Assembly: GCA_964387625.1 (NCBI GenBank)
Contig: CAYLWN010000004.1
Coordinates: 1 to 42,225, forward strand
Source: an uncultured Gammaproteobacteria bacterium
GTDB lineage: Bacteria > Patescibacteriota > Microgenomatia > UBA10105
Direction: 5' to 3'
Length of the DNA: 42,225 nucleotides
Part shown: positions 23,557 to 32,349 of the stretch, piece after piece
Position numbering within the stretch: position 1 is the stretch's first letter
Layout: every line of letters starts with the position of its first letter
Program-made: the position numbers and the translations under genes
The notes under the pieces: model-generated
The model's input: the letters and a program-made list of their open reading frames with translations, nothing else
Database searches by the model: none
Told to the model about the DNA's origin: nothing

Positions 23557-24632
23557 TGTTTCGAAGAAAACTGCAAAAAATTTTGCCTTCTGCCAAACTG
23601 GGATTGATATTTTTTACGATTATCCTGGTGATTTTTGGCGGAATAAAATTGTTTCAATTTGTAGTCAAGCAAAAATTGACGCCTCAAGTTCTTTGGCAGG
23701 TTTTAACTGTTAATCCTTCTGTTCTTAAACAAAATTCAAACAGGACTAATATCTTGCTTGCCGGTATTGGCGGGAGTTCTCATGAGGGCGGTGATTTGAC
23801 TGATACCATGATGGTGGCGAGCATTGATTTTACTGCTAAAGATTTAGTCTTAATCTCAATTCCCAGAGATATTTGGGTAGCATCTTTTAAAGATAAAATA
23901 AATGCTGCATACAGAATTGGTGAGGCAAAACAAAAAACTGCAGGTTTTATTTTGGCAAAAGCCGCAGTTGAAGAAGTTGTCGGATTACCAATTCATTACG
24001 GAGTGATAATTGATTTTTCCGGTTTTGTAAGTTTAGTTGACAATGTTGGAGGAATTGATGTTCCCATTGAAGAAACTTTTATAGATGATATGTATCCCAT
24101 TGCCGGTGCCGAAAATGATTTATGTAATGGAGATATTGAATATAAATGTCGGTATGAAAGCATCATATTTACTAAAGGCACTGAGCATATGGATGGAGCA
24201 CGCGCTTTAAAATATGTCAGAAGCAGACATGCTGTAGGAGATGCAGGAACTGATTTTTCAAGAGGAAAAAGACAGGAAACGGTAATGGTAGCTTTAAAAA
24301 ATAAAATTTTATCCAGACAATCAATATTTGATGTTAAAAAATTAGTAAATATTATGAAATTGGCAAATAAATCATTGTTGACTGATATGTTATGGGGTGA
24401 AGAATTAGTTTTGGCAAGAAATTTAACTGCTAAAATGCCAGATATCCGTTCTTATGGAATTTCCTGGGATCAGCCGCAAAAAAAACAATTGGGACTACTT
24501 ATAAATCCTCCGACATATCAATATGAAAATTTGTGGGTTTTAGTTCCTAAACACGGTAATTATGACAAAATCAGAAAATATATTACTTGTGTTGTGGATA
24601 ATTTAACAACGTGCGAAAGGTTATACGAATAA
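23556..24632 (+). CDS. LytR-CpsA-Psr (LCP) family glycopolymer-to-peptidoglycan transferase
   Basis: N-terminal TM. NILLAGIGG...DLTDTMMVASID, ISIPRD, ALKYVRSRH...DFSRGKRQ. Confidence 0.9.
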   Translation: MFRRKLQKILPSAKLGLIFFTIILVIFGGIKLFQFVVKQKLTPQVLWQVLTVNPSVLKQNSNRTNILLAGIGGSSHEGGDLTDTMMVASIDFTAKDLVLISIPRDIWVASFKDKINAAYRIGEAKQKTAGFILAKAAVEEVVGLPIHYGVIIDFSGFVSLVDNVGGIDVPIEETFIDDMYPIAGAENDLCNGDIEYKCRYESIIFTKGTEHMDGARALKYVRSRHAVGDAGTDFSRGKRQETVMVALKNKILSRQSIFDVKKLVNIMKLANKSLLTDMLWGEELVLARNLTAKMPDIRSYGISWDQPQKKQLGLLINPPTYQYENLWVLVPKHGNYDKIRKYITCVVDNLTTCERLYE

Positions 24633-24641
24633 ATAATTTAC

Positions 24642-25358
24642 TTAAATAGCTAATCCTACCAGCAGTAACAATGCACCCCCGAACATAATAAATAATGTTG
24701 GCCAGCTGGTGCCTGTTGTGGGAACTTGGGTTATCGGCGAAGCCTTGGGTGTGGTAGTTGGCGCTGGTGTACTACCTGGAGTTGGTGTAGGTGTTACGCA
24801 AGAACAGTTGCTTTGTGTCTGACAACTGTCATTTCTACAATTACCACTGGTTCCGGATGGTACATAACAATTGGTGTCACTGGTACATTGATCTCCTGAC
24901 ACACATGGAGAATTGCAGGAGCAGGAACAATTTGTGGCTAATTTACAGTTGGGATTTCTGCAGTTACCTGAACTTTGTCCTGATGGAATATAACAGGTTT
25001 GATCTGACGCGCATTGACTATTGGTTGTACATGATGAATTACATAATGCAGGAGTTGGAGTGGGTGCTGGTGATGAACCGGGTGTCGCAGTTGGGGTAGG
25101 GCCAGGTGTACCTGATGGCGTTGGCGATGGTGAAGTTCCTGGTGTAGATGAGGGGACAGGTGATGGAGTTGCTAAGGATAGTGTGAAAGATACAATACAT
25201 GCTGGAACAGGATTACCTCCAATTGCTTGAGGTTTGGTTTGAGGTACTGACGGGGCAATTGGTTTTTCTTCCCGCAGTTTCATAGCGGTAAATACCGCTA
25301 AAACTCCCAAAATTACACTTATCAGTCCAATGATCCAAAATGGCCAGGTTTTTCTCAT
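24642..25358 (-). CDS. Secreted Pro/Thr/Ser-rich protein with two tandem 8-Cys modules and a VPTTG + TM C-terminal sorting-signal-like tail
   Basis: N-terminal TM/signal. Modules CNSSCTTNSQCASDQTCYIPSGQSSGNCRNPNCKLATNCSC and CNSPCVSGDQCTSDTNCYVPSGTSGNCRNDSCQTQSNCSC. Ends QVPTTGTSWPTLFIMFGGALLLLVGLAI. Confidence 0.75.
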   Translation of the reverse strand: MRKTWPFWIIGLISVILGVLAVFTAMKLREEKPIAPSVPQTKPQAIGGNPVPACIVSFTLSLATPSPVPSSTPGTSPSPTPSGTPGPTPTATPGSSPAPTPTPALCNSSCTTNSQCASDQTCYIPSGQSSGNCRNPNCKLATNCSCSCNSPCVSGDQCTSDTNCYVPSGTSGNCRNDSCQTQSNCSCVTPTPTPGSTPAPTTTPKASPITQVPTTGTSWPTLFIMFGGALLLLVGLAI

Positions 25359-25377
25359 ATAATTATTCTTTTATCCT

Positions 25378-25498
25378 GTCATGCTGGAATCCCGATCGCA
25401 ATCGTGAACGATAGCATCTTCTTATTTAAAATAGATTCTATCGCTTCTCCCGATTTTCTTTGAATAATTAATGATTATCGGGATCGCTCCAGAATGAC
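25378..25498. repeat. Family C MITE-like hairpin element (intergenic)
   Basis: gtcatgctggaatcccgatcgcaatcgtgaacgatagcatcttc ... gattctatcgcttctcccgatt ... cgggatcgctccagaatgac. Nested inverted repeats over about 121 bp. Confidence 0.8.
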
Positions 25499-25515
25499 AT
25501 TATGTCTAAAATTTT

Positions 25516-26913
25516 CTAAAACCAATTATTTTGTGTAACTGCGTGTACTTCTGATTCAAACGTAAAACTGGTAACGCCAGCTGGAATTATGTAAATAATA
25601 TAGAACTCTTGAGATCCAGGTTTAGTACTTGAAGTTTCATCATCAACGCTCCAAGTGGTTTTATTTACTCTGATGCGGGCTTTATCCAAAGTATCATTAG
25701 TTGCACTTCCCATGGTAGTTATATAAACAGTATCACCGGTTTTAAGAGCGGGCAATTGAGCAGACGTAAGTTCTGTCCATGATGCAGCGCTTGTTATCGG
25801 ATCAATTACCCGATAAATTCTTACAGCGCTACATTGAGCACCTAATGTGGGTGTTGCAGATGGACCTGGAGATGATCCGGGAGGAGGTGTAGGATTGGGA
25901 GACGGGCAAACTTCAACGTTTTCCAACCATTTCCAATAACCCGCATATGCGCACTGTCCTGCTGATGGCCATTCTGTACATTCAGAGATCCAGGGATCGG
26001 AAAAACATTGTTTTTCTCCGATATTATTACATCCATCTACACTATCAGGACAACATACTGCTCCTGAAGGCACAGTCCATGGACATTGACCGGGACATTC
26101 ATTGGCGTTTGGATATGTAGGTTGCCATAAAGGTTTACCTCCCTTATCTTTACAAGTCCAATTTATATATCCTCTTGTGCATTGTAAGGTACAGGTTGTA
26201 CCTGCAGCATATTCAGAACAATCAGCATAAGGTATACAAGAGGTAATTGGTGCCTGACAAATTGCTGATTGTCCAACACATTTTAATGTATTTTCTGGAT
26301 CACAGTTCCAATTTATAAGATCCGGTGGATTGCAAATATTATCGTTTGGTACACACTTGCCGCTATAGTAATAACATGGATAATCTGTAATAACTTGAGC
26401 CTTTGATCTATTTTCCTGTGATTTTTGAGTTAAATAAACTGTAGCAGGAATGGCAATAGATAATAAAAGGATAATCCCGATAATCAAAGCAGTTTTAATA
26501 GATTTTTTAGGTGTAGATGAACCACTGCTGGCTTGTGGAGTAGAAATTACCGGTTCATTATTAGTGGCTACAAAACCCACGTCATTGGTTTGAAAATTTT
26601 CTGTAGTATTGGTTGGCGGTTGCGGAGGACTTTGATTATAATCGGTAATTGGTGGTTCTTTGATTGTGTTTTCTGAAACTGTAGTTGAGGGTGTTGGATT
26701 ATTAGCAGGCGCAGACATTGGTGTAAATACAACAGGCTCAGAATTTATAGGCTGAGGATTTACTGGTTCAACTACCATTTGCACAGGATTTGAATTTTGC
26801 GGTATTTCAGAAGACGGTTGAACAGTTGGTTGAGTAGGTGTTGGTTGAACATCAGGTGTTGTTCCCAGTACAGTATTGGAATTGGTTAAATTATTTTGCG
26901 TATCGTCGGGCAT
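25516..26913 (-). CDS. Membrane-anchored protein: low-complexity P/T/N/Q-rich N-terminus, one TM, a very Cys-rich ectodomain and a C-terminal beta-rich domain
   Basis: 465 aa. TM ALIIGIILLLSIAIPATVYL. About 30 Cys between residues ~180 and 330 (CYYYSGKCVPNDNICNPP...). PTPPPGSSPGPSATP linker. No C-terminal anchor. Confidence 0.7.
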   Translation of the reverse strand: MPDDTQNNLTNSNTVLGTTPDVQPTPTQPTVQPSSEIPQNSNPVQMVVEPVNPQPINSEPVVFTPMSAPANNPTPSTTVSENTIKEPPITDYNQSPPQPPTNTTENFQTNDVGFVATNNEPVISTPQASSGSSTPKKSIKTALIIGIILLLSIAIPATVYLTQKSQENRSKAQVITDYPCYYYSGKCVPNDNICNPPDLINWNCDPENTLKCVGQSAICQAPITSCIPYADCSEYAAGTTCTLQCTRGYINWTCKDKGGKPLWQPTYPNANECPGQCPWTVPSGAVCCPDSVDGCNNIGEKQCFSDPWISECTEWPSAGQCAYAGYWKWLENVEVCPSPNPTPPPGSSPGPSATPTLGAQCSAVRIYRVIDPITSAASWTELTSAQLPALKTGDTVYITTMGSATNDTLDKARIRVNKTTWSVDDETSSTKPGSQEFYIIYIIPAGVTSFTFESEVHAVTQNNWF

Positions 26914-26920
26914 AAGTTAC

Positions 26921-26994
26921 AAAATTCGAAATTCGAAATTCGAAATTCGAAATACGAATGACGAATCAAATCCAAATAATTAAATTTCTAAATG
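26921..26994. repeat. Family E-like element with a tandem heptamer (aaattcg)x4 plus degenerate units (E3)
   Basis: aaaattcgaaattcgaaattcgaaattcgaaatacgaatgacgaatc ... aaatttctaaatg. Confidence 0.65.
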
Positions 26995-27003
26995 TTTTTA
27001 TTT

Positions 27004-27107
27004 GTCATGCTGGAACGAAGTGATAGCATCTTCTTAAAATACACAACAAGATTCTATCTCCCAATTTTAATTATATTAAATTAAAGTTTGTCGGGATCCA
27101 GAATGAT
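27004..27107. repeat. Family C MITE-like hairpin element (intergenic)
   Basis: gtcatgctggaacgaagtgatagcatcttc ... gattctatctccc ... gtcgggatccagaatgat. Confidence 0.7.
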
Positions 27108-27120
27108 ATAAAAAACTAGT

Positions 27121-28404
27121 TTATATTTTACTTTTCTTAAATCCAAATAATCCTGCAAATAAAATTCCTGATCCTAATATCAACATTACCAGTGTTGGTT
27201 CCCAAGTTCCAGTTGTTGGAGTAGAAACTGTGGCAACTTTTGGAGTTGCGCTTGGAGTGGACAGTTTAGGAGTAGCTTTGGGAGTTGGTTTTGGCGTTGA
27301 TGAAGGGAGAGGTGATGGTTGTCTGGTAGCAGATGGAGTAGCATCACCCAAAACTTGCGTACCGCTTTTGAGAATTATAAATGATAAAGATTTTGTTACT
27401 GCTTGATTTACATCATTATATGATGTAAATGTTCCGGTATATTTTCCGGGTAACAATTCTTTTTTGGGAACATAACTCCAAGTACCGTTTATTCCCACCT
27501 GAATATTTTCAGATATGATTAAAGGTCCGCTGATCACCACTAAAACATTTTTATTAGGAATTCCGACGCCTTTAAATAATGGTTTGGTTGCTGGTATTGC
27601 GCTGTTATTTTGCGGCTCAAATAAATTAAATGCATAAGTTTCTGCAAAAACTTGTGGTATAAAGCGAAAACTTTTTTTGGTAAAGTCATAATTTTCTCCT
27701 AACCTGACAGTAGGTAAAGGCGCATCATTTTGCGGTAAAGTTAACAGTTGAGATTTGCCGTTATTACCCAAGAAAACAAATTTTTCCGTATCATTATTTT
27801 TAAGTAAATAATAACTATTACCATCAGCGGTTCTTAATAGATTTGTGGGTAGTAGAAAACTGCCGTCTGCGCTGGTTATTGCACCCAATGTTTGACTGTC
27901 ACTGGCACTTACAAATACCAAAGTATCACTTGCTGGTTTATTACTGCTATCAATTACTTTTCCATAAGCCGGAACTTTTGAAGTTGCCGGAGCAGGTAAT
28001 TGGGCAAAAGTGGTGATAGTCATTGTTTGATCACTTAATTTTTGACCGCTTAAAACTTTTACGTCATAAGTAGTTTTTGGTTTTAATCCAGTAATATTCA
28101 TAAAATGCGTATATCGAGGTTGCATTTTTTGATCATTATCTCTGACATCAAATGCTAAGTGATAAGTACCCAAAACCCCTTTTTCTTTATATTGAATCAT
28201 TCCGGTCTGAGCATCATTGGTTAACCATCCGACGGCAAAAGCAGTATCAGTTATACCTGCCAATGTGACATTGGTGGGTGCGGTATCAACAGAAGCTCTG
28301 GAAAATAATTTAGTACTATTATCAATAAGCACAATAGTGCTTACCAAACCAATGAGCAAAATAATTATTGCAATAATCGTGGGAACGCGTGGTTGATCTT
28401 TCAT
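27121..28404 (-). CDS. Secreted multi-domain surface protein (FN3-like, carboxypeptidase-regulatory-like and Ig-like segments) with a TPTTG + TM + KKSK sorting-signal-like tail
   Basis: Signal anchor TIIAIIILLIGLVSTIVL. FN3-like segment VTLAGITDTAFAVGWLTN...GLKPKTTYDVKV. GKVIDSSNKPASDTLVFV...DGSFLL. PST linker. Ends STPTTGTWEPTLVMLILGSGILFAGLFGFKKSKI. The ORF is open to 28422; the ATG at 28404 is preferred. Confidence 0.75.
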   Translation of the reverse strand: MKDQPRVPTIIAIIILLIGLVSTIVLIDNSTKLFSRASVDTAPTNVTLAGITDTAFAVGWLTNDAQTGMIQYKEKGVLGTYHLAFDVRDNDQKMQPRYTHFMNITGLKPKTTYDVKVLSGQKLSDQTMTITTFAQLPAPATSKVPAYGKVIDSSNKPASDTLVFVSASDSQTLGAITSADGSFLLPTNLLRTADGNSYYLLKNNDTEKFVFLGNNGKSQLLTLPQNDAPLPTVRLGENYDFTKKSFRFIPQVFAETYAFNLFEPQNNSAIPATKPLFKGVGIPNKNVLVVISGPLIISENIQVGINGTWSYVPKKELLPGKYTGTFTSYNDVNQAVTKSLSFIILKSGTQVLGDATPSATRQPSPLPSSTPKPTPKATPKLSTPSATPKVATVSTPTTGTWEPTLVMLILGSGILFAGLFGFKKSKI

Positions 28405-28411
28405 ATCATGT

Positions 28412-28495
28412 ACTGATAGCATTTAAAATGCATCGTGCATCCCGATCAAATCGAGGATGCTCGATTCTTTTAAAGAAGATATCGGCATACTCGAT
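28412..28495. repeat. Partial D/C-related hairpin element (D3)
   Basis: gatagcatttaaaatgcatcg shared with D1. catcccgatc / tcgaggatgctcga motifs shared with families B and C. Confidence 0.45.
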
Positions 28496-28570
28496 CATTT
28501 TTATTATGATAGGTATAATTTAATAATAAGCAAATTTGAGGCACTTATGCAAGCTTTAAAATAAATAATT

Positions 28571-28762
28571 TTATTTTTGCCTTAAACGGATGTTTTCAAT
28601 TATTTGAGGATTAATTTTTGGAGATAAAGGCGTAATAATTTGTTCTTGTTTGGCAGTAATAGTTGAAGCAACTGAGGCATGATAAACATCAAAAACAATC
28701 CAAGCCATGACTGTGATTAAGGTAAGTATAGAAATGATTAAAATGTCTTTGCTTTGTATCAT
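28571..28762 (-). CDS. Small single-TM protein, translationally coupled to the pilO-like gene
   Basis: 63 aa, TM ILIISILTLITVMAWIVF. 4-nt overlap (28759-28762) with the stop of the upstream gene. Confidence 0.55.
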   Translation of the reverse strand: MIQSKDILIISILTLITVMAWIVFDVYHASVASTITAKQEQIITPLSPKINPQIIENIRLRQK

Positions 28763-29412
28763 AAACCTCCTGTAAAATAATAAGCCCGTGAATCAACATT
28801 GATTGATAATTCAGCTTGGACCTGATTGCCGGATAAGCCGAAGTTAACCGATTGTACACTAATTAATCGGTCAAGTTTAGTTAGCCGGTCTATAAAATTT
28901 AATATGTTGGTATAATTACCAGTTAACAACATTGATATAGTTATTGGATTTACCTTACTGACATCAAGTTGATTAGCCGAAGAAGAGGCTGAAGTAGATT
29001 TCAATTCAAATAAGGTTAAAGGAGATATACTGATATTGACAATGGTGACTTGGTTGTCTATTCCCAAATTTTCCAAGTAGCGGATCAATAAAGGCGCTTC
29101 CGGTTTATCAGGCATCAGGGAAAAAACTGTGGGAAGTAGAGGTTCAATGATTTCATATTGTTGTTGACTCAATATCAAAGCATTAATTTTTTCATCCAAT
29201 TTATTATTCAATTCCGTCTTATCAGTAATCTGTTTTTGTAAAGTGGTGATTGTGGTTAATGTTGGCTTTATGGCAAATAGACTAAAAAAAGCGATGGTTA
29301 AGATAGATAAAATTGCCATTAAATAAGCTTGAGTACTGGGTGATTTAAAAAGCGGTATTAATTTTTGATAATACTGGCGTAATCTATATCTTTGAGTTGC
29401 TGTTTCATTCAT
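28759..29412 (-). CDS. PilO-like type IV pilus assembly protein
   Basis: 217 aa. Cytoplasmic N-terminus, one TM (AYLMAILSILTIAFFSLFAI), a coiled coil (LQKQITDKTELNNKLDEKINAL), then a roughly 100-aa alpha/beta domain. This is the PilO architecture, and it sits directly after a PilN-like gene. Confidence 0.6.
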   Translation of the reverse strand: MNETATQRYRLRQYYQKLIPLFKSPSTQAYLMAILSILTIAFFSLFAIKPTLTTITTLQKQITDKTELNNKLDEKINALILSQQQYEIIEPLLPTVFSLMPDKPEAPLLIRYLENLGIDNQVTIVNISISPLTLFELKSTSASSSANQLDVSKVNPITISMLLTGNYTNILNFIDRLTKLDRLISVQSVNFGLSGNQVQAELSINVDSRAYYFTGGL

Positions 29413-29524
29413 ATATTTAGAGTTTGTTTTAAAATTTATTTTTTAATATTTATATTTCAAAAAATTTTAATTACAAAGTCTTATGAAGTTGTTTTACCAT
29501 TAAATTCCAGTATTAAACAACTTC

Positions 29525-30061
29525 TTAACGTATCACACTTGAAATTTGAAATATAATTTGGCTTCCCTGCGACAGATTTTTATTTAAACCGGTTAAATTA
29601 ATTTGGGCAAGCTTATTGGATGTTTTTAAATTTGCTATAAATGTTGACAAACTCAAATTAGAATCAGCTTGAGCTGAAATTGTGAGATTTTTACCACTTA
29701 CATTTAATGTGGTAAATTTAATTCCAGTAGGCGTGATCTGTTCCAAATGTTTAAGAGTGCTTAAAGAAATATCTTGCGTATCAAAAATTTTTCCGATTTC
29801 AATAAACCGATTTTGCAAAATCCTATATTGTGCTTCAAAAGCAGAATTAGCTTGAATGATAGCTGTTTTGTCATTTATTTCTTCAGTTAAATCAGTGATT
29901 TTTCTGTCCAAGGAAAACCTGTAAATAAAAGCCAGTAAAACGACAATTTCTGTACAGACAACGATATAGCGGCCGTATGATAAAGCCCAGGAAAGAAATG
30001 CACCTAAAGGAGTTTTTTCAAAACTTGGTCTGTCAAGTAGATTTATTTTGATGGCAGGCAT
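29525..30061 (-). CDS. pilN: PilN-like type IV pilus assembly protein
   Basis: N-terminal IKINLL motif (the PilM-binding INLLP-type signature), one TM (IVVCTEIVVLLAFIY), a coiled coil, then a C-terminal alpha/beta domain. The ATG at 30061 is preferred; the ORF is open to 30082. Confidence 0.65.
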   Translation of the reverse strand: MPAIKINLLDRPSFEKTPLGAFLSWALSYGRYIVVCTEIVVLLAFIYRFSLDRKITDLTEEINDKTAIIQANSAFEAQYRILQNRFIEIGKIFDTQDISLSTLKHLEQITPTGIKFTTLNVSGKNLTISAQADSNLSLSTFIANLKTSNKLAQINLTGLNKNLSQGSQIIFQISSVIR

Positions 30062-30100
30062 GATAATTAAATCAAAATGCAAAAATCAAATATCAAAAAT

Positions 30101-30364
30101 TTATTTTTTTGATTGAGTTTTTGCTGGTAAATTTTTTATCTTTTTGGCAAGTTGGGATTTTAACCGGGAAGCTTTATTTTTATGGATAACCTTTTTTTTG
30201 CAAGCCATATCAATAGATGAATAAGCTGTTTGCAAATTTTTAGCAGTTGGTGTAGTTTTTGAAAGGCGAATAGCTTTTTTCATTGCCTCAATAACACGCA
30301 AATTTTGCGCTTTTCGTTTGACATCCTGATGCATTTTTTTCTTGGCTGATAATATTATCGGCAT
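30101..30364 (-). CDS. rpsT: 30S ribosomal protein bS20
   Basis: 87 aa, basic. MPIILSAKKKMHQDVKRKAQNLRV...KKVIHKNKASRLKSQL. Confidence 0.9.
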   Translation of the reverse strand: MPIILSAKKKMHQDVKRKAQNLRVIEAMKKAIRLSKTTPTAKNLQTAYSSIDMACKKKVIHKNKASRLKSQLAKKIKNLPAKTQSKK

Positions 30365-30384
30365 AAAAATTTACCCCTTTATTA

Positions 30385-30487
30385 TATACCGATCTTCTTT
30401 GAAATTACATGATTTTTTAGAAAAAAATCATGCTCTAATAAGATGATCGAATATATACACGATGTATTTTTTAATACAATCGGTATA
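30385..30487 (+). repeat. Family D hairpin element (D2)
   Basis: tataccgatcttct...catgatttttt-ag-aaaaaaatcatg...gctctaataagatgatcg...atcggtata. Confidence 0.75.
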
Positions 30488-30589
30488 GAATATTGTTAGT
30501 ATAAGCTAAAATTAACACTTTGACAAGAGTAAAGTTTCCGAAAAATTAACCTCTACCAGTATATTAGTATAGTGGTTATAATTTAAATT

Positions 30590-32254
30590 ATGATCAAAAC
30601 TTTTTTCAAAAACGGGACTGCTTTCTTAATCCGCAAGCAAGGCAGTATTTTGGGAGCAGCTGCGGTGATCATGGCTACAGTGTTGTTGTCCCGGGTTTTA
30701 GGTTTATTCAGAGACAGGTTGCTGGCTACTTATTTTTCAGTTGATGACTTAGGTGTTTATTTTGCAGCATTTAGATTGCCTAATTTATTATTTGAGCTCC
30801 TAATCATGGGGGTTTTATCTTCAGCCTTTATACCGGTATTTACCAATTATTTAGTCAAAGGAGACAGTGATCATGCCAACAGGATAGCTTCAGGAGTGAT
30901 TAATTTAAGCGTATTAGCGATGTTAATTTTGATTGTGCCGCTTTATGTATTTGCCAGGCAAATTTCTTATTTATTGGTACCGGGTTTTTCCGAAAATGAA
31001 CGGGTATTAATGATTGAATTTACCCGGATCATGCTTTTAGGACAATTATTGCCGCTAATTATTGGTAACTATATCACCGGCATTTTACAATCCCATCAAA
31101 GATTTTTATTGCCAGCACTGGCTCCGGTGATTTATAACGTGGGAATTATAATAGGTATCGTATTTTTAAGCAGTTCAATGGGTTTATACGGAGCTGTTTG
31201 GGGAGTAGTGATTGGCGCAGTTTTGTATTTACTGATTCAGCTGCCATTGCTTTGGAAATTGGGCTATTCGCATAAATTGATTTTAAATATCAAAGATACC
31301 GGAGTTAGGGAAGTTTTGAAATTAATGTTACCGCGGACTTTTGGCCTGGGAATTTCTCAAATTGATACGACAGTTGATTTAATTTTAGCGTCATTTTTGG
31401 GCAGCCGTTCAATCACGATATTTAATTTTGCCCAACATTTACAACAAGTACCGATCGGGCTTTTTGGAGCAACTTTTGCCCAAGCCACATTACCAACTCT
31501 GTCAATTTCTGCAGCCAAACATGAAATGGAAAATTTTAAAGAAGCATTCCTTGCATCGTTAAACCAAATTCTATTTTTTGTATTACCCGCATCTGTGATG
31601 TTGATGGTTTTAAGAATTCCCATAGTTAGACTAGTTTTCGGAGCTGCCAAATTTGACTGGGCAGCTACAGTCTCCACTGGAAGAACTGTATCTTTTTTTG
31701 CGGTGTCCATATTTGCCCAAAGTTTAGTGCAGCTTTTTGCCCGAGGCTTTTATGCACTTTATGATACTAAAACACCTGTAATAATTGGTTCTATTTCAGT
31801 AGTAGTCAATACAGTGTTAAGCGTGGTTTTTGTTAGGTTTTTAAATTTACCTGTTTGGTCATTGGCCATATCTACATCTGTTGCGTCAGTAATAAATTTA
31901 CTGTTGCTTGCGATTTCATTACATGTAAAAATCAAAGGCTTTAATTTGCAAAAATTATTAATTCCGCCTTTTAAAATGTTTTTGGCTTCTTTTGTCACCG
32001 GAATATTTTTATACATACCGCTTAAACTTTTGGATCAGTTAGTTTTTGATACCACCCGGGTGGTTGATTTGATTATGTTGACCGGGGTGGCAATGATTTC
32101 AGGACTGTCAGTTTATATTTTCCTGGCGTGGTTTTTGGATATTGAAGAAGTAGGTTTATTTTTCAGATTATTGAAAAAGATGAAAACAGTTCCGCAAATT
32201 TTTGCCAATCCGTCATCTGAATTGGTCAACGGTGACAACACTCCGGTGGGATAA
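30590..32254 (+). CDS. murJ: Lipid II flippase MurJ (MviN)
   Basis: 554 aa, about 14 TM. LLSRVLGLFRDRLLATYF, FRLPNLLFELL, SAFIPVF. The typical MurJ N-terminal signature. Confidence 0.9.
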   Translation: MIKTFFKNGTAFLIRKQGSILGAAAVIMATVLLSRVLGLFRDRLLATYFSVDDLGVYFAAFRLPNLLFELLIMGVLSSAFIPVFTNYLVKGDSDHANRIASGVINLSVLAMLILIVPLYVFARQISYLLVPGFSENERVLMIEFTRIMLLGQLLPLIIGNYITGILQSHQRFLLPALAPVIYNVGIIIGIVFLSSSMGLYGAVWGVVIGAVLYLLIQLPLLWKLGYSHKLILNIKDTGVREVLKLMLPRTFGLGISQIDTTVDLILASFLGSRSITIFNFAQHLQQVPIGLFGATFAQATLPTLSISAAKHEMENFKEAFLASLNQILFFVLPASVMLMVLRIPIVRLVFGAAKFDWAATVSTGRTVSFFAVSIFAQSLVQLFARGFYALYDTKTPVIIGSISVVVNTVLSVVFVRFLNLPVWSLAISTSVASVINLLLLAISLHVKIKGFNLQKLLIPPFKMFLASFVTGIFLYIPLKLLDQLVFDTTRVVDLIMLTGVAMISGLSVYIFLAWFLDIEEVGLFFRLLKKMKTVPQIFANPSSELVNGDNTPVG

Positions 32255-32349
32255 AAATTTCCCCCAATACTAATTCGTCTTATTCTGAATATCGTTAGAT
32301 TAATGTTTTTTAACCTAGTATACCCATGGGAAGGAAATCGAAAGGTATT

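Noticed and set aside
24642-26913. Possibility that the Cys-rich proteins are diversity-generating retroelement (DGR) targets, since DGRs are common in CPR.
   Set aside because: There is no reverse transcriptase in the window. The only internal similarity is a tandem protein-module duplication, not a template/variable repeat pair with adenine-specific mismatches.
26921-26994. Short tandem repeats (aaattcg x4) that could suggest a CRISPR or a minisatellite.
   Set aside because: The repeat unit is 7 nt with no spacers, and no cas genes are present. It fits the AT-rich family E hairpin arms, not a CRISPR array.
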